This document shows positions 48,174-58,587 of a stretch of 64,000 nt of DNA, in pieces. The notes under the pieces are model-generated. The model searched no databases. It saw only the letters and a program-made list of their open reading frames with translations, and was not told the origin of the DNA. Origin of the DNA: a candidate division FCPU426 bacterium (GTDB lineage Bacteria > Oederibacteriota > Muellerivitia > Muellerivitales > Muellerivitaceae). A program made the translations under genes and the position numbers. The stretch lies in NCBI GenBank assembly GCA_963771075.1, contig CAVYSE010000020.1, positions 64,001-128,000 on the forward strand, given 5' to 3'. Positions within the stretch are counted from its first letter, which is position 1, and each line of letters opens with the position of its first letter.

Positions 48174-50686
48174 GTGGCAAAAGTAAATAATTCAAATGCT
48201 TCCGAGGTAACGGTGGATCAAGAGGCCATGGCGGTCCATGACACCCCGTCCAATCCGGGGGTATCTGCGAATTCCGGTATCCCTGCCGGTGCAAAGGCGC
48301 CCAAGAAGAAGAAAGAAAAGAAAACGAAGAAGGAAGAGCTCAAAAAACTGGTGATCGTCGAGTCGCCCTCCAAGGCGAAAACCATCAACAAGTATTTGGG
48401 TTCGGATTTCGTGGTTTTGGCTTCCAAGGGGCACTTGATCGACCTGCCCAAGAGCAAGTTGGGAGTTGATTTGGAGAACAACTTTGAGCCCCAGTACATT
48501 AATATCCGGGGCAAGGCCTCCATTATTAAAGACCTCAAAAAAGCGTCCCAAAAGGCCCAGATCGTATTCCTTGCTACGGATCCGGACCGGGAAGGGGAGG
48601 CCATCGGGTGGCACATCAAGAATTTCCTGACGGGATTGCCGAAGCAGCCTCCCATGTACCGCTTGCGACTCAATGAAATCACCAAACACGCCATTGAAGA
48701 AGCCATGCAGTCCCCGCAGGAAGTGGACCTGAACATGGTGAACGCCCAGCAAGCCCGCCGGGTGTTGGATAGGCTCGTCGGGTACGGAATTTCCCCCATC
48801 CTTTGGAAGAATATCCGCCGCGGTTTGTCCGCTGGACGTGTTCAATCGGTGGCTTTGAGGCTAATTTACGAGCGGGAAAAGGAAATCGAGGGGTTTAAAC
48901 CCGTCGAGTATTGGACCTTGGAAGCCGAGTTTTTAACCGAAGGGGGCAAGACAATCCAAGCCCGGTTGTTCAGGGTCAAGGGGCAAAAGCCTGACCTGAA
49001 GACCCAGGAGGAGACCCAGGCGTTGGTCGACCAACTGGCCAAGGCCCTTTTCAAGGTTTCGGCGGTATTGCACCGGGAAAAAAGCAAAAAACCCCCCATG
49101 CCATTTACCACCTCCAAACTCCAGCAGGAAGCCTACAAACAACTCCGTTTTGGGGCCAGGAAAACCATGTCCATCGCCCAGGGCCTTTATGAGGGTATCG
49201 AGATTGGCGAATCGGGCCCGGTGGGATTAATCACTTATATGCGCACCGATTCCAAGCGCATCTCCCCCGAGGCCAAGGCGGAAGCCGTCCAATTTATCCA
49301 AAAAACCTATGGGGAAAAATACAAGGGCCCGGCGGACCGGGATACCTCCAGCAAGGGCAGCATCCAGGATGCCCATGAGGCCATCCGCCCTACCTCAGTG
49401 TTCCGAACGCCCGAGAAGGTGAAGGCGTTTCTTAACACCCGAACAATTCAAGCTCTATAAACTCGTCTGGGAAGATTTCTTGGCCAGCCAGATGGCCAAC
49501 GCCCTTTACCGAGAAACCTCAGTGGAAATTTCCGGCGACATCGCCGTTTTTCGGGCGACCGGCACAGAGACCCTCTTCGACGGATACACCAAGGTTTATG
49601 AGGAAGCCGCCGACGAGGACAAAAAAGAGGGGGATAATGGCCCGGAAGACAACGGCGATTCGACCTCCGTCGTTAACGCCAATAAATTGTCCGGGATCGA
49701 GGAAGGCCAGGGGATGAAGTGGAAGAGCCCATTTCCGAACAGCATTTTACCCAACCTCCCCCGCGCTTCACGGACGCCTCCATGATTAAAACCCTGGAAG
49801 AGATGGGTATCGGGCGCCCATCCACTTACGCGCCGACCCTAGAGACCATCCAGGCAAGGCGGTATGTGAAAAAAGAAGGCGGACGTTTCTTCCTGGCGGA
49901 ATTGGGAAACTTGGTGCTGGGCATCCTGATGAAAAGTTTCCCGAAAATTCTCGATTACGAGTTCACCGCCAAGATGGAAGTTGGAGTTGGACCAGGTGGA
50001 AGCGGGTGAGTATGAATGGCGGAAGGTGATTGGGGAGTTTTACGCGCCATTCAAGGATACTCTGGCCGAGGCGGAAAAGCTGATCGGGCGAGGAAAGGTC
50101 GAAGTTCGAGCAAGTGACCAATATCCCCTGTGAAAAATGCGGGCTGATGATGATCGTCCGATGGGGGCGGTTTGGGAAGTTCTTGGCCTGCTCCAAGTAT
50201 CCCGAGTGCAAGAACGCCAAGGGATTGAAGGAAACCACGGACGGATCAATCCAAATTGACGACACGACGACCGATGAAAAGTGCCCCAAATGCCAGAGTC
50301 CCATGGTGGTGAAGACGGGCCGCTTTGGCAAATTCCTGGCCTGCTCCAAGTATCCGGAATGTAAAAGCACTCAGGGAATATCTCTAAAGATCCCCTGCCC
50401 GTTGGGCTGTGGTGGGGAAGTGGTTTCACGCGGGTCTCCCCGTGGGACTTTTTATGGTTGTAATAAGTATCCCGATTGCAAATTCGTTTCCTGGAACAAG
50501 CCGGTGAACCGTGCTTGTCCCCAATGCGCCAACGTTTATCTGACCGAAAAATACACTAAAACCTTAGGGCCCCACATCTCTTGCCCGAACAAGGAATGCG
50601 ATTACAAGGAACTTCCGAATAAGGAGGACTCCGCGGCGATGCCCCCTCCCCTCGTGCCGCCGCCCAGCATGGGAGGATTTGATTGA
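48174..50686 (+). CDS. topA: DNA topoisomerase I, split by about four frameshifts
   Basis: [53 protein letters not shown] and C-terminal Zn ribbons across successive frames; shifts near 49435, 49719, 49980, 50085. Confidence 0.9.
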
Positions 50687-51564
50687 AGGCTTCCATCCAA
50701 AAGGCCCAAATTTTAATCGAGGCTTTCCCCTTTATCCGCCAATGGTACGGCGCGACCGTGGTGGTGAAATACGGCGGCAGCACCCGGTCGACTGGAAGCG
50801 CCCGGCCGGGTGATAGCGATCTTGAAAACACCCTTCAAGATATTGTCTTGATGAAATTCGTGGGGATGCGACCCGTGGTCGTGCATGGGGGCGGAAAAGA
50901 CATCACGCGCCTTACGGAAAAATTGGGAATTCACTCCCAATTCGTGGACGGTTTGAGGGTGACGGACCTGCCGACCATGGAAGTGGTCGAAATGGTCCTG
51001 GGCGGGAAGATCAACAAGGAACTGGTGAGTACAATTCAAGGGCTAGGCGGGCAGGCCGTGGGCCTTTCGGGCAAAGACGGAGGATTGCTGGAAGCGACCC
51101 GGGTTACCTCCAAAACTGGCAAGGACATCGGTTTCGTGGGGAAAGTTTCCAAGGTTAATACCGCCCTTTTGGACATTTTGGATAAGGAACAATTCATTCC
51201 GGTGATTGCCCCGCTTGGGCTTGGGAAAGACGGCAAAACCTATAACGTAAACGCGGATGAGGCGGCCGGGGCCATCGCAGGGGCACTCAAAGCGGAGAAA
51301 CTTGTTTTTTTAACGGATGTACCGGGTATATGTAAAAAGAAAGACGACCCGAAGACCCTTTTTTCGACTATTAAAACAACCGAGGTGAACAAACTCGTGA
51401 AGAAAGGGGTCATTTCGGGGGGCATGATCCCCAAGGTGGAAGCCTGTCTCCACGCGTTAAAAGCGGGGGTGCGCAAGACTCATATTATTGATGGCACCCT
51501 ACCCCACGCGCTTTTGCTTGAGATCTTTACACCTGAAGGCATAGGGACCGAGCTCATTCCCTGA
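50683..51564 (+). CDS. argB: Acetylglutamate kinase
   Basis: VVKYGG, VVHGGG, GLRVTD, NVNADEAA, LTDVPG, GGMIPK. Confidence 0.95.
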   Translation: MKASIQKAQILIEAFPFIRQWYGATVVVKYGGSTRSTGSARPGDSDLENTLQDIVLMKFVGMRPVVVHGGGKDITRLTEKLGIHSQFVDGLRVTDLPTMEVVEMVLGGKINKELVSTIQGLGGQAVGLSGKDGGLLEATRVTSKTGKDIGFVGKVSKVNTALLDILDKEQFIPVIAPLGLGKDGKTYNVNADEAAGAIAGALKAEKLVFLTDVPGICKKKDDPKTLFSTIKTTEVNKLVKKGVISGGMIPKVEACLHALKAGVRKTHIIDGTLPHALLLEIFTPEGIGTELIP

Positions 51565-51605
51565 AGTTTTGCCTTGTCTCCATTTCTCCCCGTCCCCCCC
51601 GTATA

Positions 51606-51614
51606 TGGTATAAT
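51606..51614 (+). promoter_or_regulatory. Extended -10 promoter upstream of nrdR
   Basis: TGnTATAAT about 40 nt before the ATG. Confidence 0.5.
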
Positions 51615-51651
51615 CCCGCCCGTTGTATTTAATTGTTCAAGGAGCCTCAGG

Positions 51652-52110
51652 ATGAAGTGTCCTTTTTGCGGCCACCAGGAAGACAAGGTCATGGATTCAC
51701 GGCCTTCCAAGGGCGGGTCTGCGATCCGCCGGCGTCGGGAATGTTTGAAGTGCGAGAAACGGTTCACGACCTACGAACAGATCGAGGAAATTTTGCCTAT
51801 GGTGGTGAAACGGGACGGGCGCCGGGAGCCCTTCGACCGGTTGAAGATCGTTGCGGGTATCCGCAAGGCGGTGGAGAAAAGGCCGGTGTCGTCCGAGAAA
51901 ATCGAGGCCGCAGTGGATGACATTGAAAATGTCTTGATGGAAAGGGCGGCCAAGGAAATTAATTCCACCGAAATTGGGGAAATGGTCATAGGAAGGTTAA
52001 AAGACATGGATGATGTGGCCTATGTCCGTTTCGCTAGCGTCTACCGCCAATTCAAGGATATTGGCGCCTTCATGGATGAAGTCAAAAAATTGATGGCGAA
52101 AAAAAGTTAA
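51652..52110 (+). CDS. nrdR: Transcriptional repressor NrdR
   Basis: MKCPFC...DSR...[19 protein letters not shown] cone, [10 protein letters not shown]. Confidence 0.97.
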   Translation: MKCPFCGHQEDKVMDSRPSKGGSAIRRRRECLKCEKRFTTYEQIEEILPMVVKRDGRREPFDRLKIVAGIRKAVEKRPVSSEKIEAAVDDIENVLMERAAKEINSTEIGEMVIGRLKDMDDVAYVRFASVYRQFKDIGAFMDEVKKLMAKKS

Positions 52111-52328
52111 TAAAAAAATAATCCGCCACAAAGCTAACAAAGTTAGCGAAGAAAAATGAAGGGTTGTTTTAAAAATTCCCGGTTAAAACCTCAAATTTCC
52201 TCAACAAGGGACACGCAGAAGCCCTGGTAAAGTCGGATAAAACCCAAGCATATAATTTTGTAATTCTTGCACGGTTGAGGATGGAAATTTTGATTCAATC
52301 AAATCTTAACCGACAGGAAAGGTGAAGC

Positions 52329-53639
52329 ATGGCAAAGATTCGGCCGTTTAGAGGGGTTCGCTACCATTTGTCATCCTCCAGGGAACTCAAACGAGTGGTG
52401 GCCCCGCCTTATGACGTGATTTCTCCCGCCCAGAAAAAGGAACTTTTGGCGGCGGACCCCAAAAACGTGATCCGGTTGATCCTCGGCAACCCCAGCCACG
52501 AAACCCACCGTGCCGCGGATTATGAGGACGCGAAAAAAACATTTTTGGCCTGGCAAAGATCCGGTGTCTTAAAAAGGGAAGGGACGCCCGCTGTTTATGT
52601 TTACCGGCAAAGTTTTAAGGTGAATGGAAAAACCTACCACCGCGCGGGTTTCATCGCCCTTTCCCAGTTGACACCTTTCGGCAATAAGAAGGGGGGCATC
52701 CTGGCCCACGAGCACACGCTATCGGGGCCGAAAGCCGACCGGCTGAAATTGACCCAGGCCACGAAGGCGAATTTCAGCTGTATTTTCTCCCTCTACCCCG
52801 ATAAGGCCGGAGTGGGAGCTTGGTTGAGGAAAGCGACTTCCCGCAAGCCGGATCTATCGGTTGAATACCCCAAAGAAATCCAAAACCAAGTTTGGGTTGT
52901 GATTGATCCAACTTGGGTGAAGGTTTTGCAAGGAAAAATGAAGTATGCGACTCTTTTTATCGCCGATGGCCATCACCGATATGAAACGGCCTTGAACTAT
53001 CAGAAAATTCAAACGGGCCGGATGAAGGGCGTTGTGGGAACCCGACCCTTTGATTTCGTGCAAATGATGTTTGTGGCCATGGAAGATCCGGGATTGGTGA
53101 TCTTGCCGACCCACCGAATGTTACCTAAGCGAATTGTCCCATCCCCGGCGATGCTGTTGAGCCGTCTTTCTTCCCTCGGAGAAATACACACCTACCCCAA
53201 GCCGATTTCCGGATTGGCTCCCTGGAAGTGGCTGGAAAAGCTGGGGAAAACTCATCCCGCATTGGGACTTTCCTTTGACGGCAATAAACTTTATGCTCTT
53301 CAGTTTTCCAAGTCAGTGGCTCATAGCGGCCTCTTGAGCGATGTATCCCCGGCGCAAAAGAAACTGGACGTCACCCTTTTGCACCGCCTGATCCTGGAAC
53401 CTTTTTTTGGGATCACCAAGGAAAAGGTGGAGCATGAGATCTCGTTCACCAGCCGGGCAGAGGAGGCGGTCGCAGGCTTGCGAAAAAAAGAGTTCGCGGC
53501 GGTATTCTTCCTGAACCCGACTAGGATTGACCAGCTTCGGGAGATCGCCCTCAACCAGGAGCGAATGCCCCAGAAGTCCACTTATTTTTACCCCAAACTC
53601 GTGACGGGTCTTGTCTTCAACCGGCTTGATTCGTTTTAG
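52329..53639 (+). CDS. DUF1015-family protein
   Basis: IRPFRG, PPYDVIS, HEHT, IADGHHRYETA, MPQKSTYFYPK. Confidence 0.9.
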   Translation: MAKIRPFRGVRYHLSSSRELKRVVAPPYDVISPAQKKELLAADPKNVIRLILGNPSHETHRAADYEDAKKTFLAWQRSGVLKREGTPAVYVYRQSFKVNGKTYHRAGFIALSQLTPFGNKKGGILAHEHTLSGPKADRLKLTQATKANFSCIFSLYPDKAGVGAWLRKATSRKPDLSVEYPKEIQNQVWVVIDPTWVKVLQGKMKYATLFIADGHHRYETALNYQKIQTGRMKGVVGTRPFDFVQMMFVAMEDPGLVILPTHRMLPKRIVPSPAMLLSRLSSLGEIHTYPKPISGLAPWKWLEKLGKTHPALGLSFDGNKLYALQFSKSVAHSGLLSDVSPAQKKLDVTLLHRLILEPFFGITKEKVEHEISFTSRAEEAVAGLRKKEFAAVFFLNPTRIDQLREIALNQERMPQKSTYFYPKLVTGLVFNRLDSF

Positions 53640-53746
53640 GAACCATCAACGAACTACCTTGTTAAAGAAAAGAAAGTCCTGGCTGGGTGAAGCGGGCGAA
53701 GGATTATGGACCCTTCGGCTTGTAATTGAATGAAGTTTTAGGGTAC

Positions 53747-53779
53747 AAAAGGCGGACCCTTTCGGGAGCCGCCTTTTTG
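53747..53779 (+). terminator. Terminator-like hairpin just upstream of cysteine synthase
   Basis: AAAAGGCGG-ACCCTTTCGGGAG-CCGCCTTTTT. Confidence 0.65.
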
Positions 53780-53795
53780 ATTTGGGGAGATTGAT

Positions 53796-54704
53796 TTGAC
53801 TGAATTGAAAAATATTTATGACAGCGTGACCGAATTGGTGGGAAAAACGCCGTTAATTGAGGTGCAATGCCATGCTGTGCCCGGCGTTCAACTTTACGCG
53901 AAACTGGAAAGTTTCAACCCAGGAGGATCAGTCAAGGATCGACCGGCATTGCGCATGATCCGAGAGGGAATCCGGTCGGGCAAACTGACTCGCGATAAGG
54001 CGATCTTGGATGCGACCTCTGGTAACACGGGAATTGCCTATGCCATGATCGGCGCTGCGTTGGGATTAAAAGTTGTCCTGGCGATACCCTCCAATGTAAG
54101 CGAAGAACGAAAACGAATTCTTGAGACTTATAACGTTGAAATACATTATTCCAGCGAAATGGAAGGGTCGGATGGGGCCATCCTCCTGGCGAAAAAGCTG
54201 TTCCAGGAAAACCCCGGGAAGTATTTCATGCCGGACCAGTACAATAACCCCGAGAACCCTGTTGCCCATTATTTGACCACCGCCGAGGAGATCATGGAAC
54301 AGGTGGGGAACCGGATCACCCATTTCGTGGCGGGTATTGGAACCAGCGGTACCTTGATGGGGACGGGCCGCCGAATCCGGGAGATCAAGCCCTCGGTGAG
54401 AATTGTGGCATTGGAACCAGCAGAATCCTTCCATGGGCTGGAGGGGTGGAAGCACATGGCTTCCTCCATTGTCCCAGGAATTTATGATCCCCACGGGTTT
54501 GATAAGAAAATATCCATCGATACCGATGATGCCTACGAGTGGGTGAAGATATTGGCCCGAAAGGAGGGTCTCCTGCTGGGACTTTCCTGCGGAGGAGCCC
54601 TATCGGGTTGTGTGAAGTTGGCTAAGAAAATCGGAGAGGGTTGTATCGTCACTATCTTTCCCGATTCGGGGGATAAGTATTTGTCCACCCGGGTCTGGGA
54701 ATAG
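53796..54704 (+). CDS. cysM: PLP-dependent cysteine synthase (CysM/CysK family)
   Basis: KLESFNPGGSVKDR, TSGNTG, DQYNNPENP, GIGTSGT, FPDSGDKYLS. Confidence 0.9.
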   Translation: MTELKNIYDSVTELVGKTPLIEVQCHAVPGVQLYAKLESFNPGGSVKDRPALRMIREGIRSGKLTRDKAILDATSGNTGIAYAMIGAALGLKVVLAIPSNVSEERKRILETYNVEIHYSSEMEGSDGAILLAKKLFQENPGKYFMPDQYNNPENPVAHYLTTAEEIMEQVGNRITHFVAGIGTSGTLMGTGRRIREIKPSVRIVALEPAESFHGLEGWKHMASSIVPGIYDPHGFDKKISIDTDDAYEWVKILARKEGLLLGLSCGGALSGCVKLAKKIGEGCIVTIFPDSGDKYLSTRVWE

Positions 54705-54717
54705 TCTGGGAATCGGA

Positions 54718-55128
54718 ATGCTCCAATTTACGCAACAGGCAAAAAATGAAATGGTAGGCATTGGAGAACGCGGATACCCCTTCGAGATTTGCGGCTTGCT
54801 GATGGGCCTGGCGAGAGCAACCAGAGAAGTTTCAGAGGTATTTGAGTGTCGCAATCTGAACCGGTTAAAGCCGGAGACCCGTTACGACATGGACCCGAAG
54901 GATTACATGAAGGGAGAGGCCCTGGCTCGGCAAAAGGGGTTGGATGTTGTGGGGATTTTTCATTCTCATCCCGACCATCCAGACAAAGCTTCCGAGACCG
55001 ACCGGCAGGCGGCCTGGCCCGGGTTTTCTTACGTGATCATGTCGATCCAAAATGGTAAATTCACCTCGATGAAATCCTGGGTTTTGGACGAAAAGGAACA
55101 ATTCCAGGAAGAACCCATCGCACGTTAA
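54718..55128 (+). CDS. JAB/MPN (M67) metallopeptidase, Mec-like
   Basis: YPFEICGLL and HSHPDHPDKASETD (HxH-x7-SxxD). Confidence 0.88.
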   Translation: MLQFTQQAKNEMVGIGERGYPFEICGLLMGLARATREVSEVFECRNLNRLKPETRYDMDPKDYMKGEALARQKGLDVVGIFHSHPDHPDKASETDRQAAWPGFSYVIMSIQNGKFTSMKSWVLDEKEQFQEEPIAR

Positions 55129-55191
55129 TCGGTGGCTAGTGACCCTCCGGACTTTGATATCATGGTTCTACTTTTGTCCAAGGAGGTTCCC

Positions 55192-55605
55192 ATGAAATTT
55201 CATACTGAATACCTTTGGTTTCAAACCAAGAAACACCGCGAATACATCAATATCACCGGCGAGGTGGAAAAGGCGGTTCAAACGAGTGGCATTCAGGAAG
55301 GAATGGTTTTGGTTTCCGCTATGCATATTACCGCCGGGGTTTATATCAATGATGCAGAGGACGGATTGATCGCCGATATCGACGAATGGTTGGAAAAGCT
55401 AGCGCCCTTCAAACAAGACTACCGACACCATCGAACCGGCGAAACTAACGGGGATTCCCACCTTAAAAGCCTGCTGGTGCATCATGAGGTCATTGTGCCG
55501 GTCACCAAAGGTCAGCTGGATTTCGGCCCATGGCAGCAGGTTTACTACGCTGAGTTCGACGGCCAACGGAAAAAACGATTGCTAATTAAGGTGATGGGGG
55601 AGTAA
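55192..55605 (+). CDS. yjbQ: YjbQ/UPF0047 family protein
   Basis: [36 protein letters not shown]. Confidence 0.9.
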   Translation: MKFHTEYLWFQTKKHREYINITGEVEKAVQTSGIQEGMVLVSAMHITAGVYINDAEDGLIADIDEWLEKLAPFKQDYRHHRTGETNGDSHLKSLLVHHEVIVPVTKGQLDFGPWQQVYYAEFDGQRKKRLLIKVMGE

Positions 55606-55901
55606 TGGAGGTTTCAAAACCGGATTTTGAGAAATATCTCTTTGTTTGCGTCAATGAACGTTCCGAAGGCGAAAGGGTTTCCTGCGGTGGGACTTTTTGC
55701 GGAAAAGAACTTTCGGAGAACTTGAAAGAAAGGGTCCGGTTGGCGGGACAGGCGAACCGAATCCGGGTTTCCAAAAGCAAATGCTTGGATGTTTGTGAGG
55801 ATGGCCCCAATGTTCTTCTTTACCCCGACAATTTGTGGTTTAAGCATGTGGGATTATCCGATATCCCGGCAATCCTTGAGAAATTGGGAATCCAAGCCTA
55901 A
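55605..55901 (+). CDS. Thioredoxin-like [2Fe-2S] ferredoxin
   Basis: FVCVNER...SCG...CLDVCEDGP...YPDNLWF. Confidence 0.85.
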   Translation: MEVSKPDFEKYLFVCVNERSEGERVSCGGTFCGKELSENLKERVRLAGQANRIRVSKSKCLDVCEDGPNVLLYPDNLWFKHVGLSDIPAILEKLGIQA

Positions 55902-55977
55902 TATTAAGGAAGCGCCTTTTGTCCAAGGACGTTGGGACGAGGCGTTACCCTGGATAGGGGGAGATTGATTAGAACGT

Positions 55978-56319
55978 GGGGGTGACCGGTTTCGACTGGG
56001 GAACTGAACTTTTGGGTGCGTGTCGAGGCGCCATCGCTCGTCAAACATGGCAACGGTTTAACTGCCGACAATCAGTTAGCTCTCGCCGCTTAAGCGGTTA
56101 GCGTTTTACCCTTGATGCCTATTAAGGGGATAGAACGTAAGCAGTAGGCTGGTCCGGATCAGGGTTGTTCCACCGATGGACGGACGAGAAACAAAGGGAC
56201 TGGCTCTCCGCCGGCCGCTCGGGAGCGAGCGGGGGGCGAGACTCTTTCCTGAGCTACGCACGTAGGGCCCATTACGGATGTTTTTCAGGACGTGGGTTCG
56301 ATTCCCACCACCTCCACCA
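55978..56319 (+). ncRNA. ssrA: tmRNA
   Basis: 5' GGGGGTGAC...TTCGAC; 3' GGACGTGGGTTCGATTCCCACCACCTCCACCA; tag reading frame 56064-56093 encodes ADNQLALAA*. Confidence 0.96.
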
Positions 56320-56533
56320 TTTTTTGGTGAAAGATAAGCTGCCTATTCGACTGTTCTTAAGTGTTGTAGCGTGAAAGACAAAACTCCCATACCCTAAATT
56401 GTCGCCCCTTTTTCAGGATTGGAATAAAGCTTTCTTCAAAAATCCTTTTGCCCGGGGCAATTTAAACTTTGCAAATAATATGTGTTTTGTTAGACTTTAC
56501 TTCTAATTTCACTTCCTCAAGAGGCGACCATCA

Positions 56534-57562
56534 ATGAAATTACGTTTCGTCATTATTGCCATCGTTGCAGCTTTGAGTTCTGGAAATTTAGCGTTGGCAG
56601 TGGGTCCAACCTACGTTCGTGATGCGATAGCCGTTTCCACGGAATGGACCCAGGCAAACAGTCCCTATGTTCTACAAAATGACATTGTCGTTAATAAAGG
56701 CGCTGTTCTCGCGGTGGATCCGGGCGTAACGGTTCAGTTCATGGCACCCACAACGAGCAAGCCGGGTTCGGGTCCTAACCTAGTGATCCAAGGCGGGTTG
56801 AAAGCGATTGGGAATTCCGCCACGCCGATATCCTTTATGCCGGCGGTCACGGGATCGCTTTGGGGGGCTCTCTATTTCGCGAACGCCGATTCCTTAAATT
56901 CGGTCCTTCAAGGCTGCTTGATCAAGGGTGGACGCATCATTTTTAACGGTTGTTCCCCCACCATTACTCAGTGCGCGATTTATGGTTCCAAAACGGGAGT
57001 AGAAGTTCTATCGAATTCCCAAGCTCAAATTATGGGGAACCGCATTACGGCAAATGGTGTGGGAATCGCTTTGTTATCCGACACCGCCAGCCCCGTGATC
57101 TCCAAGAACGAGATCTATAACAATAATTTCGGGGTTTACATGAAAGATTTCGGTATCCCGACTATTTCCGAGAATCACATCTATAATAATATTAAGTACA
57201 ACATGGTGAATTATTCCGCAAAGCCCTTGGCCGTTCCCAATAACGATTTTCGTTTGGCGGATGCCCAGCAAATCATGCGGACCATCTACGATGGCGCGTA
57301 TAATCCGAGTTATGGCCGGTTGAATTTCATGCCTTTCGTAGGAATGGCCTCGGCTCAAACCGCTCCTGTAGTTACTTCAGCCGCTACGGCCGCCCAGGAA
57401 AAGCCAACCATTCAAGAAGAAGACTTTTGGAGCTACGGCCGTCCGTTTGACGCGATGAAGGTGAGCAATTTAGACGCCCAGAAAAAGAAACCCTCGAGCG
57501 CTATCAAAATTCTTGCGATCGGTGCGACGGCGGTTGTGACCGTCGTTCTTCTTTTCATCTAA
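56534..57562 (+). CDS. Exported right-handed parallel beta-helix protein
   Basis: Signal peptide; WTQANSPY...GAVLAVDPGVTV, PbH1-like repeats (ISKNEIYNNNFG), hydrophobic C-terminus. Confidence 0.75.
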   Translation: MKLRFVIIAIVAALSSGNLALAVGPTYVRDAIAVSTEWTQANSPYVLQNDIVVNKGAVLAVDPGVTVQFMAPTTSKPGSGPNLVIQGGLKAIGNSATPISFMPAVTGSLWGALYFANADSLNSVLQGCLIKGGRIIFNGCSPTITQCAIYGSKTGVEVLSNSQAQIMGNRITANGVGIALLSDTASPVISKNEIYNNNFGVYMKDFGIPTISENHIYNNIKYNMVNYSAKPLAVPNNDFRLADAQQIMRTIYDGAYNPSYGRLNFMPFVGMASAQTAPVVTSAATAAQEKPTIQEEDFWSYGRPFDAMKVSNLDAQKKKPSSAIKILAIGATAVVTVVLLFI

Positions 57563-57752
57563 AGCCCAAGAATTTCACGGGTTTATTTGAAGTGGTAGTT
57601 TTTTCGTTGAGCCAACCCTGCAAGGCAACTCACTTCCTAAAAATATTTGGACAGGGCCAAATCATTTGATGACCCTCACGAAATGAAGTTTTGGCTGGAT
57701 TTCCCAAACCCTGGTGAAATTCGCCACTCAATTCGCTATCCTGGGATTCCAA

Positions 57753-58118
57753 ATGTATATTGAAAAACGAAGGGAAAACCGCGTCTTTATTTCGTTGCCC
57801 GTCCGCTTTAAGGTGTTTGACTTGGAGCGCCTTCCGGAAGAAGTAAAGGACGAGCGAATGGTCGAGAACGCACAGATTCAAGATTTGAGCTTGGGCGGTC
57901 TCCAGGTCTTATCCGCGACGCGCCTGAAGGATGGGGATGTGATGGAATTGGAAATGGAAATTCCCGGAAAAGGAATAGCCCGCTCTGTGGCCAAAGTGGT
58001 TTGGAGCCGGGAGGTGCCCCCGGGAGGCTCCTGGCAATGCGGGATCCATTTCATTCCCGTTTATGAGGAAGATCTGCGTATTCTCAACGACTTTTTTGGG
58101 ACCGGGAACGTTATCTGA
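57753..58118 (+). CDS. PilZ-domain protein
   Basis: RRENR and DLSLGG motifs, AKVVW, GIHF. Confidence 0.85.
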   Translation: MYIEKRRENRVFISLPVRFKVFDLERLPEEVKDERMVENAQIQDLSLGGLQVLSATRLKDGDVMELEMEIPGKGIARSVAKVVWSREVPPGGSWQCGIHFIPVYEEDLRILNDFFGTGNVI

Positions 58119-58492
58119 TGCTTTCACCCATCGAAAAACCCCGCGCTTTAAGGATTCCCCTGCGCGTTCCTCTCCGGTTACGGCTGGTTAAATCTCCCGT
58201 AGGCGAAAAACCCGAACTTGAATTTCACAACGGGAATAATGAGATGTCCAACTTGAGTCGAACTGGTTTTTTCCTCTCGACCAAGAATTTCTTTGAGGTG
58301 GGTTCTCTATTGGAAGTGGAATTTCCGGTCAGAATTATGGAGGAGCTCCTTCGGGCGGAGGCGGAAGTGGTTCGAGCAAACAACCAAAATTTTCCAAATC
58401 AAGGCCGTTTTGAATATGGTTTGCAATTTACGTCGATGCACCCGCATTTTCGGGAAGGGTTAAATAGTTATTTGTCCGCTTTAGGGGCATAA
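58118..58492 (+). CDS. PilZ-domain protein (RxxxR degenerate)
   Basis: KPRALR, NLSRTG, AEVVR, YGLQF. Confidence 0.75.
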   Translation: MLSPIEKPRALRIPLRVPLRLRLVKSPVGEKPELEFHNGNNEMSNLSRTGFFLSTKNFFEVGSLLEVEFPVRIMEELLRAEAEVVRANNQNFPNQGRFEYGLQFTSMHPHFREGLNSYLSALGA

Positions 58493-58527
58493 AACCGCCC
58501 GTTCAGGTTTGTCTCACCAACCTTTTA

Positions 58528-58556
58528 TTGCCCTCAGACGGCCCTTTTGCTAGAAT
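58528..58556 (+). promoter_or_regulatory. Sigma70-type promoter of the skp-lpx operon
   Basis: TTGCCC-N17-TAGAAT with TG extension. Confidence 0.55.
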
Positions 58557-58587
58557 CCAGCCTTAAATTTTTCCACAAGGAGATTCC

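Noticed and set aside
50683..51564. Functional link between argB (a known P-II target) and the P-II gene
   Set aside because: They are 14 kb apart in different transcription units, and the P-II T-loop is divergent; nothing in the sequence supports the link.
56165..56374. 69-aa ORF, and a possible integrated element at the tmRNA 3' end
   Set aside because: The ORF lies within tmRNA; no integrase or duplicated ssrA 3' end is visible downstream.
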